From the NCBI RefSeq assembly GCF_001194135.2, contig NC_069007.1, forward strand, positions 821,185 to 885,184: a stretch of 64,000 nucleotides of DNA. Direction: 5' to 3'. Below, piece after piece: positions 14,281 through 26,150 of this stretch (positions within the stretch are counted from its first letter, which is position 1; each line of letters opens with the position of its first letter). Both the position numbers and the translations under genes were made by a program. The notes under the pieces are model-generated. The model saw nothing but the letters and a program-made list of their open reading frames with translations, searched no databases and was not told where the DNA came from. The DNA comes from Octopus bimaculoides (Eukaryota).

Positions 14281-14720
14281 TGTTCGCTCGCGCGAATGCC
14301 TGCCTGCTCGTTCGCTCGCGCGAGTGCCAGCCTGCTCGTTCGCTCGCGCGAGTGCCTGCCTGCTCGTTCGCTCGCGCGAGTGCCTGCCTGCCTGCTCGCT
14401 CGCACGAGTGAGTGAGTGAGTGCCTGCCTGCTCGCTAGCGCGAGGGCTGGCCTGCCTGCTTGCTTGTTCGCTCGCGCGAACGCCTGTTAGCTCGCGCGAA
14501 CGCCTGTTAGCTCGCTCATGCGAGTGCCTGCTTGCTTGCTTGTTCGCTCGCGCGAGTGCCTACTTGCTTGGCCGTGCGCTCGCCTGCCTGCTTGTTCGTT
14601 CGTTCGCGCGAGTTCCTGCTTGCTCGTTCGCGTGAGTGCGTTCATGTTCGTTCGCGCTTCTTCGCGTGAGTGTCTTCTTATTCGTTCGCGCGCGCGAGTA
14701 CTTGCGTGTTTGTTCGTGTG
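14281..14720. repeat. CpG-rich 28-bp minisatellite (GTTCGCTCGCGCGAGTGCCTGCCTGCTC)n
   Basis: Unit starts recur at 14283, 14311, 14339 and 14367, decaying distally. Flanked by (GT)n on both sides and followed by a family C SINE tail. Confidence 0.9.
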
Positions 14721-15401
14721 TGTGCGTATTTGTGTGTGTGTGTGCACGTTCTTCTACTCCCATCATAGTTTGACAACCGATGTTGGTGTGTTTACGTTCC
14801 TGTAATTTAGCAGTTTGGAAAAAAGGCCTATAGATAGATAGATAGATAAAGGCGTAAATAAATAGACAGATTGATAAACGTGTAGATAAATAGGTAAATG
14901 GATAGATAAATAGGTAGATTAGATAGACAGACAAACAGACAGACAAAGAATGTATGACACAAGTAACGAAGTTTTACACCTGACAACATTGTGATAGCTA
15001 AAAGTATTTTGCCATTAAAGCATTTCATAAGACTACAGCTTTGTCTATTCGGCCTCGGTTTGGAAGAGTAGTCTAAAAAGCCAAATCTATTTCTGGTTAA
15101 GATCCCCAGCTTTCACAGTGTTGAGCTGAGTTACTTCCCCTTAACTAGTTCCATTGATGAATGAAACACAATGCGAAAAGTAAAATGTAGAAGATGGGAA
15201 AACGAAATATAATAGATGAGAAATGAGAACAAATGTGGAGTTAAATGAGATTGATACATCGCTAATGAAGGAAGAATGGTTGGGATGCGAACGTATTAAC
15301 AATGAGGCAAGCGAGATAGAGGAGGGAAGATTTAGAAACGGAATAAATAAGAATTGAGAAGGAATGAAAAAGAAGCGCGTCCAATTTTCAACACGTGGAC
15401 A

Positions 15402-15465
<64 letters not shown>

Positions 15466-15974
15466 AATTCATACACACAGACACGTGTGAGTATATGTAT
15501 ATATGTGTGTATGTATAAATATATTTACAAATTTTTTNNNNNNNNNNNNNNNNNNNNNNNNNNNNNNNNNNNNNNNNNNNNNNNNNNNNNNNNNNNNNNN
15601 NNNNNNNNNNNNNNNNNNNNNNNNNNNNNNNNNNNNNNNNNNNNNNNNNNNNNNNNNNNNNNNNNNNNNNNNNNNNNNNNNNNNNNNNNNNNNNNNNNNN
15701 NNNNNNNNNNNNNNNNNNNNNNNNNNNNNATATATATATATATATATATAGATATGTGTTTCGTAATTGTCTAATTGTTTTTGGACTAATTCGCTTATTG
15801 AACTAATTCGCTTTTCGCATTTCTATTGCATTGCGCAATAAACGATCTTATTAATTTATTTGCTTATTAATTATGTATTTTTACTTTTTTCAGTTATATT
15901 CTGAGTGTAAATGTTTTTCGGGGTCACTTTGACTGTGTGTTCTTCTGGGTGTCGATAATAGAAGTAGCAGTCAA

Positions 15975-16300
15975 ATACCGAGGTTGATGTTATCGACTAT
16001 ATACAATCCTGAAAAAATCTCGGATAAAAAACTCTCAACGTATCGGGGGTTCTCCGACAGGTATAGGATTGGAACTGAGGTAGTGGAGACCTCCGGCATT
16101 CTTGGCTCCCGGACCATATTCCTATTCACCACTATCGGAGCAGATATTGATGTTTGCAAGTTCGTGCCCTGTGAGTCAGAGAGGCTGTTCCAGCGCATCT
16201 CCCACGCTGTCCTCCGGTACAAAGCCTTTTCCATTTGGTCTGCTGGTGCTGTAGGATTCCACCTTCCTTATTCCTCTTCTCTTTTAGTTCAATAACCAAT
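15975..16300 (+). mobile_element. 3' fragment of a CRE-like non-LTR retrotransposon (restriction-like endonuclease C-terminus)
   Basis: ORF 15984-16295 contains KKLSTYRGFSDRYRIGTEVVETSGILG...IG...ESERLFQRISHAVLRYKAFSI, matching the K..KY...F.P.AVET.G..G...L.QRLS.AV.RGNA.SI C-terminal motif of CRE-type elements. Confidence 0.7.
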
Positions 16301-16363
16301 TCTATGAATTATTCCAACAAGTTCAGCCAGCACGTCTGTCAATGTTCATAATGTAGTTCTATA

Positions 16364-16563
16364 TGGCGTAGTGGTTAAGAGCGCTAAGAGTTCGATTCCA
16401 GGCAGTGACATTAATAATAATAATATCGAAAAATACTGTAGGAATGAGAACCCAGGTTCAAAATTTCCTCAAGACACCTGATGAAGGCTGGCGAGTATAT
16501 CAACCGAAACTTTGTGTTAACAACAAACAAGATGAGGACAAATATCCGTCAAATGTAAATAAT
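16364..16563 (+). mobile_element. tRNA-derived SINE-like element with a minimal hammerhead-ribozyme-like 3' module
   Basis: A box TGGCGTAGTGG (16364) and B box GTTCGATTCC (16390), then (AAT)n, then GACAC-CTGATGA-A-GGCTG-loop-CAACC-GAAAC-TTT-GTGTT (16473-16518). Confidence 0.7.
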
Positions 16564-17689
16564 ATAAATAAGTATTCATATTGTTCTCTATTGTTCCGTT
16601 TCAGTGTCAGAGGGACTGAACCCGGAACCATGTGGTTTGGAAGACAAATGTTTACCACACAACAACGCCTGCGCCTAAATATTGATATATGAAAAGCTGC
16701 ATTGACTTTTGCAAGCGTTCTGTTAATACCGCAGAGATTATGCCATCGTCTCTTCTTTCGCTACTTATATACTAATACAGTGAATGAACAACCCTGGGTT
16801 GCGAAAAGCTGCCCGTCTCAATAAGCTGTTCTCTTTTTCTTTCCCTTTTTCACTTGTCATTCTCTCTTTCAATCTATGTCTCTGTTTTCCTCTTCCTCTA
16901 CTTTCCTCCTACGCACTCGGTTGAAGTCGTGTGCAATAAGCAGATCATCGGTCATCGAAACGTCGCTGAGTGTTGAGCTGATCACGTTTTACCTTCTGAC
17001 GTCGCAATCCCGCTGAGGTAGAAAAAGAAAAAGTGTCGCTTTATCACTTTGTGTTAGGTTAAACATATTACTAATTAAATATTGCTGGAGATACCGATAC
17101 AATCGATTAATCTCTTCCTAATTACTACCTCTGTGACAACATCATAATTCTGTCATCTCATATATAATTGGTGGACTAATTAGAAGGTAGGATACAGTCC
17201 CTTGCGATAGGAATTCAATACCTATCCAGATCAATGTGCTTTTTTAAATAGCAAAGGAATGGTTATGTGGTAAGAATCTTTCAGTTTGCTTCCTAATCAT
17301 ATAGTCGTGATTTCTGTCTCAAGCAGCATCTTGGGGCGGGTCTCTTTTCTATATCCACAGTTCGATCTAACACGAGCAGGTGCTGAAAATATCCTCGCTT
17401 TAAGAGTGTCGCGAAAGACATGGTTAGATGCTCGATAATTTCCAGTCCTTTTAAAGGGTTTAGAAAAACTGAAGGAACATTGCAATAAGTGCGTGAATGT
17501 GAATGGGAAATATGTTGAATAAAATCAGAATTAAATGATACTCCTCTATTTTCTTTTACCCAAAGTCAGGAAGCTTTCAGTACCCGACGTATCTGTGTGT
17601 GTACACACAGAACAAGCGTGTGCCTGCACGTGTGGGCCTTAGCGGTTCGGTAAATGGAAACTATGCAATAAGTATATTCATCCATACAT

Positions 17690-18089
17690 ACATATATGTT
17701 AGTTTTAAAAAATTCAAATCACATCCATCCTGACACACATATACACATACAAATACATACATATACATACATACATACAAACGCATACATACAAATATAT
17801 ACACATATACATACAAATATACACACATGTACATACAAACATATACACACATATACATACAAATATATACATACACACATATATGCACATATACATACAC
17901 ACATATATGCACATATACATTCACACATATATGCACATATAAATACACACATATATACACACTTATACATATATATATATATATATACAAATATACAAAC
18001 ATATACACATATGTATACACATATACACACATACACATACCATATATACACACATGTATACACACACACATATATATATACATACATAC

Positions 18090-18138
<49 letters not shown>

Positions 18139-18164
18139 NNNNNNNNNNNNNNNNNNNNNNNNNN

Positions 18165-18219
<55 letters not shown>

Positions 18220-18240
18220 CACACACACACACACACACAT
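17690..18240. repeat. Compound (TACA/CA/TA)n microsatellite; similar arrays at 26520-27065, 35270-35460 and 37985-39070
   Basis: Direct inspection. These arrays generate the Y/I/H/T/C/V-rich pseudo-ORFs. Confidence 0.95.
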
Positions 18241-18771
18241 ATTAGTTTTATTATACTAAAATCACATCCGTTCTGACACACCTGCTTGTTCTGGCACAAA
18301 AGAACGATTCGCCTGTTTTAAGTGCTGCATATATCTTAGAACATTTTATGCCTGACAGATTTTCAAATTGATTTGACATTTGACTTTGTTGCTTTGTATA
18401 ATTTTTTATTTTTCGTTTCATCACGAGTACTTCTTATTTTGTTGTTTTAGATGTTCATATTGTTCTCCTACTCCGCTCACCCTTACTGCATTGTCTCTCT
18501 CTCTCTCTCTCAGTTTTGTAATTTATTGCTTGTTCTTATATTTTTTTTATGTTCATATTACCAAATGCTATGATGAAGCATTTTTTCCATTATGTGTGGC
18601 GGCCACATTTCTAAACAAAAATATATGTAAAAACCTTTGATTGACCATAAGTGTTTCGCCCAAGACAACCTGATCCCTTTGAATGCAAACTGACGATTAC
18701 ATCAATGGTTTATATGTGTGCGGAATACACAGCCACGTAAGCTAAAATGCAATATGAAAGTTAGAAAATAA

Positions 18772-19445
18772 CTTGGCACTCCGTCAGTTACGAAGGACAG
18801 TATTCCATTTGATCCGATCAAAGGAACAGCGTGTTCATAAACTTAGCATACAAGTGGCTGAGTACTCCGCAAACACAAGTGCTCATAACGTGGTTCTCAG
18901 GGAGATTCAGCGTGACAAGTTTGGCTCATGTGAGAGAACTGGAGTAACGTGAAATGAAGTATATTGCTCAAGGATATAAAACGCCGTCAGGAAACGAACG
19001 CATGACCTTGCAATCGTAAGTCGAACACCCTCAAACTCTGCCAGTTAAGACGACGAGGGTTCCAGGTGATCTGATCAATGGAACAACCTTCTCCTGATAT
19101 TAACGTACAAGTGGCCGAGCACTCCACAAACATGCATGTTTAATATACAGGGTGTCCACAAGGTATGGGTACATGGTGTAAATAAAATCATAACATAACA
19201 TAATTAAATATAAAAACTAATAATTTCTTAAAGTATGTGTTAATCCCCATGTACCCAGACTTTGTGGACACCCTGTAGTTCTGAGAGAGATTCAGCGTTA
19301 CACAGAATGTAACAAGGTTGGCCCCTTGAAATGCAGGTACAGCATATTTTTGTCATACGAGTGAACTGGAGCAACGAAATAAAATGTCTTGCCGAAGGCC
19401 ACAACGTACTGACAAGAATCGAACTGATGACCTCATCACCGGGAA
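18772..19445 (-). mobile_element. Two tandem hybrid SINEs (family H: E-type head/CORE plus B-type tail); second copy interrupted by a MITE
   Basis: Each copy joins CTTG(A/C)GCAA...TTTCACGTT(A/G)CTCCAGTTC to the B tail (...CTCAGCCACTTG...ACGGAGTGCC). Confidence 0.7.
19148..19275. mobile_element. 128-bp Tc1/mariner-type MITE inserted in a SINE
   Basis: TA|CAGGGTGTCCACAAGGTATGGGTACATGG ... CCATGTACCCAGACTTTGTGGACACCCTG|TA: 29-bp TIRs (2 mismatches) and a TA TSD. It splits the SINE at its cgTAgttc position. Confidence 0.9.
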
Positions 19446-21539
19446 TTGAATATCCTCGCACTCCATTGGCTCCGTCCACGACCGTTCCAGTTGATTCGAC
19501 CAACGGAACGCGCCTGCATATACATATCAGAATATATATACATGGCAGGTTTTCTCACTGTTTGCATCTAAGAGATTCACTCATAGGGTATTGGTTTATC
19601 AAGCGCTATAGTAGAAGATATTTTCCCAAGAGGCCCCACGGTGGGACCCTAGCCAAGGCAAAGTGTCAATTAAGCGAAACTCTGAATTACAATTCTTAAC
19701 CTGCGAAAATGAAGCGAATCGCTATTCCTTAACTCTGTGTCATGGTAGTTTGGTCTGAGTGTCTAGCACTTAGAATGGCTTTGTTCAGTATACATTAACC
19801 TACATGTGTTCAATGGAAGCAAGTCTGTTATAGGCATAAATATTTCCACACACCATCTCTCAGACACTGGGCATAAAATCTGCCGATCGATGGTAATGTT
19901 TCCATTGCATTTTAGAGGTCTCTGTTTCGAGCACAACGACCGTCATTTTAACGGTAATTAACTTCCAGAATAGCTTCGGGATACCAAATACATCTTGAAT
20001 GAAATTTGGTACACGGAAACGACGAGAGAACTGAATGTAGGAGGTAGATACCGTCTTTGTTTTGGGTGGCAGAGCCTGTCACCCGGTTTTGCCCCATCAC
20101 CTAGAATTTCTGTCACTCTAGTGGAGTGGAGTTCATCGCTTTGTAAACAGAGAATTTGTGAGTTAGAATGTAGACAAGCACGTGTATTCTTCCAACAAGT
20201 GCTAGATTGTGCCATGTACAATAAATCAGCTGTGTGTATTCCCTGGTAAGTAGAACAACATGGTCATTTCATTGAGTTGATCGACGTGCTACAAATAGCT
20301 GTCAAAACCTGTCTGCCATACGTTACGTAGACAATCACTTTGAAAATCAAAAAATATAAACAAGTTATGATTTAAAAAATCCATGCTTTTGATAGAGTTG
20401 TATCCGTAAGGATTACGTTGCGTAATACAATCCCGCTAAATATAAGCATATCTGAAAAACAAATAATTTATTCCATCATTCTGACGTTCGTGCAATTTAC
20501 TAAACACTTTCAAAACATTACATATTAATAACACAAGATCTGCCCAAATATTTATCATATTTGTTGCAATAATTTCTCTCCATGTGGTCGGCAATTCCAC
20601 ATTTGCTATTTGCTTACAGTTTGCTTATTTCAACAAAACTCAATAGCATGCAACAGATATATGCTGTTTCGCCGTTCAGTTTGCGGGTAATTTTACCAAA
20701 ATTATTCTAGATTCTGCCTAATATACCACAATATATTGTATTACAGAAAATCCCCTCCCTCCTCTTCACCCACTTCCTCTCTCACATTTTGTATTTATCA
20801 TTCTCTTTCAGTCGCTCTTAGTTTCCCCTCTCTTCATTTTAAGCAGTTATTTAGTTATTGTATATTTATTTTGCTCGATGGAGGAAAATATGTAAAGATA
20901 CGTATGTATGTATATGTGTGTGCGCGTAAATGTGTATTTATTTATGTAGATATGTTGTTTATCATATTTCAGAATCATATATAGCTACAATCATAGATAC
21001 ATATGTAATCATAAATTTATACTTACACTCATATGTGTGTGTGAGTGCTTATTGGCACTAATTGGCGAAGGTAGAAACCAATTATCAGCCATACTCTGCT
21101 CACTTAAATGCAGTCGGTGGTCTTTAATTGTTCAGTGTAATCTAATGACAATATTTGCTATTTCTTGAGAACCGATATAAAACTAACGACAATAATTTTC
21201 GCTGTTAACGCTGAATTATTGCAGTTTTTTCGGCTTCTGTGAAGGAATAACAGAATGAAAGAATAGAAAGGAAAGAGAAAAGAATGAAAAGAGCGTTAAA
21301 TAAATGGTAACTCTAACAAATAAAAGTGGAGGTATCGGCTGTGCGGTTAAGAAGTTTCTTTGCGACAATGTAATTTTGGATCGATCCCGCTGTGTATTGT
21401 TTTGGGAGAAGGACTTCCTTAATGAACAAACACACTTAAGCGTAGTACACTTTGTAGGGGGAAGAATTTTTGGTGTTCAGCTAGCAACTGTGCAGGATAG
21501 TGTCGTATATACATACATGCGAATTTTTTATTACCCAAA

Positions 21540-22030
21540 AGGGGCGACATAGAAGGGACGATACAACTTGATTTGGGGTCAGATGAAAACTAATGAATTG
21601 ACAGAAACATGCATGCACAAACTCATACACACACATAAATGTACACGGATGAGCTGAATCAACGTATATGGATAACATAACCTTAACAGTGTCAGATATC
21701 ACGAAAGATCAGAGAATATTCCATTGCAAAGAACACGGGATGATGGCAAGATTGAAAATGCATCCGAAGAAATTAGTGAGCTTGCGTGAGACTGGGTTAT
21801 TCCATCAAGTATGTTGCTAACCAGACGGACCGGTTCAATTCCTCTGAGTTTTTTTTTTATCCAGACCTCAAAGCAGACAAAAACTGGGACGAGGTTAGAA
21901 CCTGGGTGACCTACTCACTCAGACATGAGCTGAAGAAAAGTCGAGCAGAGTTGGTGAATGCCTACATTATATCTGTAATAAAAACCATGTAACCATTGTT
22001 TCTTGTGGACTGGACGCATTCCGCTAGTGA
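21540..22030 (+). mobile_element. Highly decayed Penelope/Poseidon-type 3' fragment (GIY-YIG C-terminal half plus pLTR-like tail)
   Basis: Frameshifted remnants HRR...GQMKTNELTE, KHAC...HIN, ISRKIRE and RDDG resemble the EHxR...KSxLAEH...H...RKIRE...NRDxG end of PLE endonucleases. Degenerate CTGAAGA...GAAT hammerhead-like core at 21930-21959. Confidence 0.5.
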
Positions 22031-23060
22031 GGCAGAACACGTTCGTGTCCACAAGAAGCTACAGGACCATCAGAATTTATAGCACTGGTACTAAGACATA
22101 CTAAGGCGACGTCACCAAAACATTTTTTCTGGACGCTGAGCTGCTGTGGTTTTGCTTTGTAAGACATCTCTCCGCTGCTCCTCTTTTTGCCGCAACTGCA
22201 GCCCTGGATCAAGAAGATACCCAGAAAGGGCGCCTGACACCTGAACTCTCGTCGAGTAGTTCACCAGCCTCTACTCGTTGGTAGGAAGACAAATAAATAA
22301 GAGATGCAGAGTAAACATGAAGGAGTTGCTTGTTCAGCATAATTTTTTTGAAAGACAAGTTATTCCCTACACACACAAACACATACACTCACATGTATAC
22401 ATTTTATTTATATAATTAGGTCTTCGTAGACACAACATGTGATCTACTTCTAGCACATTAAATGTCCACTTTAGTGGCCATCGTTATATATAAACATATA
22501 TTATTTATATATATATATATATATATAAATGTACACACACCTATATGTGTATATTTATGTATACACACAAAGATATGTGTGCATGTATGAGTGCGTGTTT
22601 GTGCGTAAGTGTGAAGAGTATGTTATTTGTGGAAATGAGTGTGTGTGTGTGTGTGTGTGTGTTTGTGTGTGTGTGTTTGTGTGTTATATCTAATGATAAA
22701 TATAAAAACAACGACGTTACTAATGACAGTTATCAAAGTCCTGTTAACGACCATGATAATATTTAATGATAAATAATTACCGACATAATGGACGGGTAAG
22801 CGGAGGAGGAGGAGTCGGGATGGCGGAATAGAAATGAGGTGATCATCATCATCATCTATAACATCTGAATTAGCAACGACATCAGCGTTGTTGCTATTGT
22901 TGTTCTTGTTATCACCGCCGCCGCCTCGAAGGCTAATTGACACCATTAAATCAAAGGTTTGATTAGGGTTTTGCTTCTTTGTGTAGCTAGTTGAACAAAT
23001 GGGTGTACAAACGGCACTTTTGGTTCATTGTGGGTTAGGAACAGTTTACAGGTAACGGGT

Positions 23061-23420
23061 GGAGGCGCAATGGCCCAGTACTTAGAGCAGCGGACTCGCG
23101 GTCATAGGATCGCGGTTTCGATTACCAGACCGGGCTCCTCCACGAGGCTCCGGCAGGGGATGGTGGCGAACCCTGCTGTACTCTTTCACCACAACTTTCT
23201 CTCACTCTTACTTCCTGTTTCTGTTGTGCCTCTAATTCAAAGGGGCCAGCCTTGTCACACTGTGTCACGCTGAATATCCCCGAGAACTGCGTTAAGGGTA
23301 CACGTGTCTGTGGAGTGCTCAGCCACTTGCACGTTAATTTCACGAGCAGGCTGTTCCATTGATCGTTTCAACTGGAACGCTCGTCGTCGTAAGCGACGGA
23401 GTGCCAACAACAACAACATA
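23061..23420 (+). mobile_element. SINE family B (tRNA-derived, ~360 bp, (CAA)n tail)
   Basis: GGCGCAATGGCCCAGT head with A/B boxes; body ends ...CGACGGAGTGCC(AAC)n. A second copy at 54687-55038 aligns along its length. Confidence 0.85.
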
Positions 23421-24339
23421 TAACGGGCAACTTTCAAAGTCTTACGGATTGAACAGACGCTGACATACACGTACGCGCGCGCACACATTGACAAAACCAA
23501 CGAGAATAACTACAGTAACAATTGTAAAATTGTTCGTATGGTTTAAGGCGGAGGATTTGCATTCAGATATGTAACGATGTCTAAACTGGGATTTGAACAC
23601 GATACGCTAGCTGACTAATCCATGTAGAGAGTCTGTCATTCATCATCTATATAGCTATTTCATCACCACTCATTTCTGTAGCTCAGTGAACTGGAACAAC
23701 GCGAAATAAAGTGTCTTGCTCAAGAACACAACATACAACTCGGTCTGGGAATCGAATTCACTTCCTCATGATTGTGAGCCCGACGCGCTAACCACCGAGC
23801 CATATTATAAATATATATATTGCTTGTTTTCATTTATATATATATATATATATATNNNNNNNNNNNNNNNNNNNNNNNNNNNNNNNNNNNNNNNNNNNNN
23901 NNNNNNNNNNNNNNNNNNNNNNNNNNNNNNNNNNNNNNNNNNNNNNNNNNNNNNNNNNNNNNNNNNNNNNNNNNNNNNNNNNNNNNNNNNNNNNNNNNNN
24001 NNNNNNNNNNNNNNNNNNNNNNNNNNNNNNNNNNNNNNNNNNNNNNNNNNNNNNNNNNNNNNNNNNNNNNNNNNNNNNNNNNNNNNNNNNNNNNNNNNNN
24101 NNNNNNNNNNNNNNNNNNNNNNNNNNNNNNNNNNNNNNNNNNNNNNNNNNNNNNNNNNNNNNNNNNNNNNNNNNNNNNNNNNNNNNNNNNNNNNNNNNNN
24201 NNNNNNNNNNNNNNNNNNNNNNNNNNNNNNNNNNNNNNNNNNNNNNNNNNNNNNNNNNNNNNNNNNNNNNNNNNNNNNNNNNNNNNNNNNNNNNNNNNNN
24301 NNNNNNNNNNNNNNNNNNNNNNNNNNNNNNNNNNNNNNN

Positions 24340-24378
<39 letters not shown>

Positions 24379-24388
24379 CTTGTTTTCA

Positions 24389-24430
<42 letters not shown>

Positions 24431-24986
24431 TATCCATGTATTTATATATGATATATACAAGGTTCAAATACACAAACACAGAATCTGGAATGATCAAGTA
24501 CATATGTAATAACTCATTGCGAAAAAAATTTAAAATGCATTCAAACTTATACGAAACGATGCAGAGAGGAAAATATATAAAAACAAATGCGAAGTTTCTT
24601 GCGATTTTAAGCAGATAGGAACAGACATTTTTGAATAATGAGTATTCTTGGTAGAGAAGGGTAAGAATTTTTTAACGCTGTAATTCGAAACGTTTTTTTT
24701 TAATGAATATTGAAGCAGCAGAAATGAAACCGCGTATTATTTATTGATAACATATTTCATATATTTACATTTATTCAATAAATGTAAACATATATTTATC
24801 GATATCGATCGCGATTTCGATGCGAAATAAAATCTAAAAGAAATCTAAATATGCGACAAAAAGATGGAAACTAAATAAATGTAAGGCTGTGGTGTGTGTG
24901 TGTTTCTATACACACACATAAATGTACATACACATATATATATATAAGTACATGCACATCATACATATGCAGGAATAAATGCGTGT

Positions 24987-25040
<54 letters not shown>

Positions 25041-25529
25041 GGGCAGAAACTCAGACAACAACATACGGATACATTTAGAAACACATAAACGATTTCGCTT
25101 TTAATACTTTGCCAATCAATAAAATAATAATTTGTGTTTTGTAGTAAAAATGAAATTTATTTTATTTCACAAAACGAGTTGAATAAGGCTCGAATCACCT
25201 ACAAAATAAAGATTAAACATCACAACAAAACAAACACAAAGGAAATAAAATATGACTTCATTGTATTTCAGTGCAAGACTTGGTTATCGTGAACAAGATG
25301 TCACACACACACACACACACATACATACACACAACTATAGTTAGATGTAGAGAAGTAGATAGAGATAGATATGCGGATTAATGTTTGAACAATGATGGCC
25401 AGGAGTTTATAGCGATATAGTTAAATGAGAAACAACAGCAATAACCTCTTAAATATAGAACTGAACAGCAATAAGAATAATAGAAAGACGAACGGCAACA
25501 ACAACAGATAGAACACAATACGAGATGTT

Positions 25530-26150
25530 ACGAAGGCAGCGGCGGCGAAGGGGCAGAAAAAATTTCGAGCGGCGTGTGCTCAAAAGCTGAGCGGTATTTC
25601 GTCTGTCTTTAGGCTCTGAATTCAAATTCCGCCGAGGTCGACTTTGCCTTTCATCCATTCACATACTGGGGTCGATCTAGCCGATTGGACCCATCCCCCA
25701 AAATTTCGGGTCTTGTGCCTAGTGTAGAAAAGAATAACCCTTTTTGTTTTAAGCACAAGGACCAGAATATAAGGGGAAAGGGAATAGTCGATTACATGGC
25801 CCTCAATACTGAACTGGTATTTATTTTATTGTTTTAGAAATGGCGAAAAGCAAAGCCGAATTCGTGGAATTTGAACTCAGAACAAAGACGGGCGAAATAC
25901 CGCAAAGCATTTTGCCCGGCGTTAACGATTCTGCCAGCTTATATTAATAGTAATAGTTATTCTCTCTAACTTATGGCTCAAAACCAGCAAATTTGAGGGG
26001 AGGGGTTAGTCAAATTTATCGAATTCAGTGCGTATTCTGTTGACCCTTGAAGGTTGAAAGCGAATGTCGATCTCGGTAGAATTTGAACTCAGAACGCCAA
26101 CGACCAGAATAAATATGGCTAACAAATCAGTGCGTTTGGCGCCTGAAGTA
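25530..26150. mobile_element. Cluster of three SINE family A copies (+ 25530-25735, - 25740-25940, - 25960-26150)
   Basis: Repeated GAATTTGAACTCAGAAC / TTCAAATTCCGCCGAGGTCGAC motifs in alternating orientation. Confidence 0.8.

Noticed and set aside
14281-14720. CRISPR-like or coding repeat (ORFs 14133-14946)
   Set aside because: There are no unique spacers, the context is eukaryotic, and the ORFs are repeat read-through.
19995-20249. ORF ending at a CTG|GTAAGT donor
   Set aside because: The peptide is unrecognisable and the upstream part resembles DNA-transposon/MITE sequence; no convincing acceptor.
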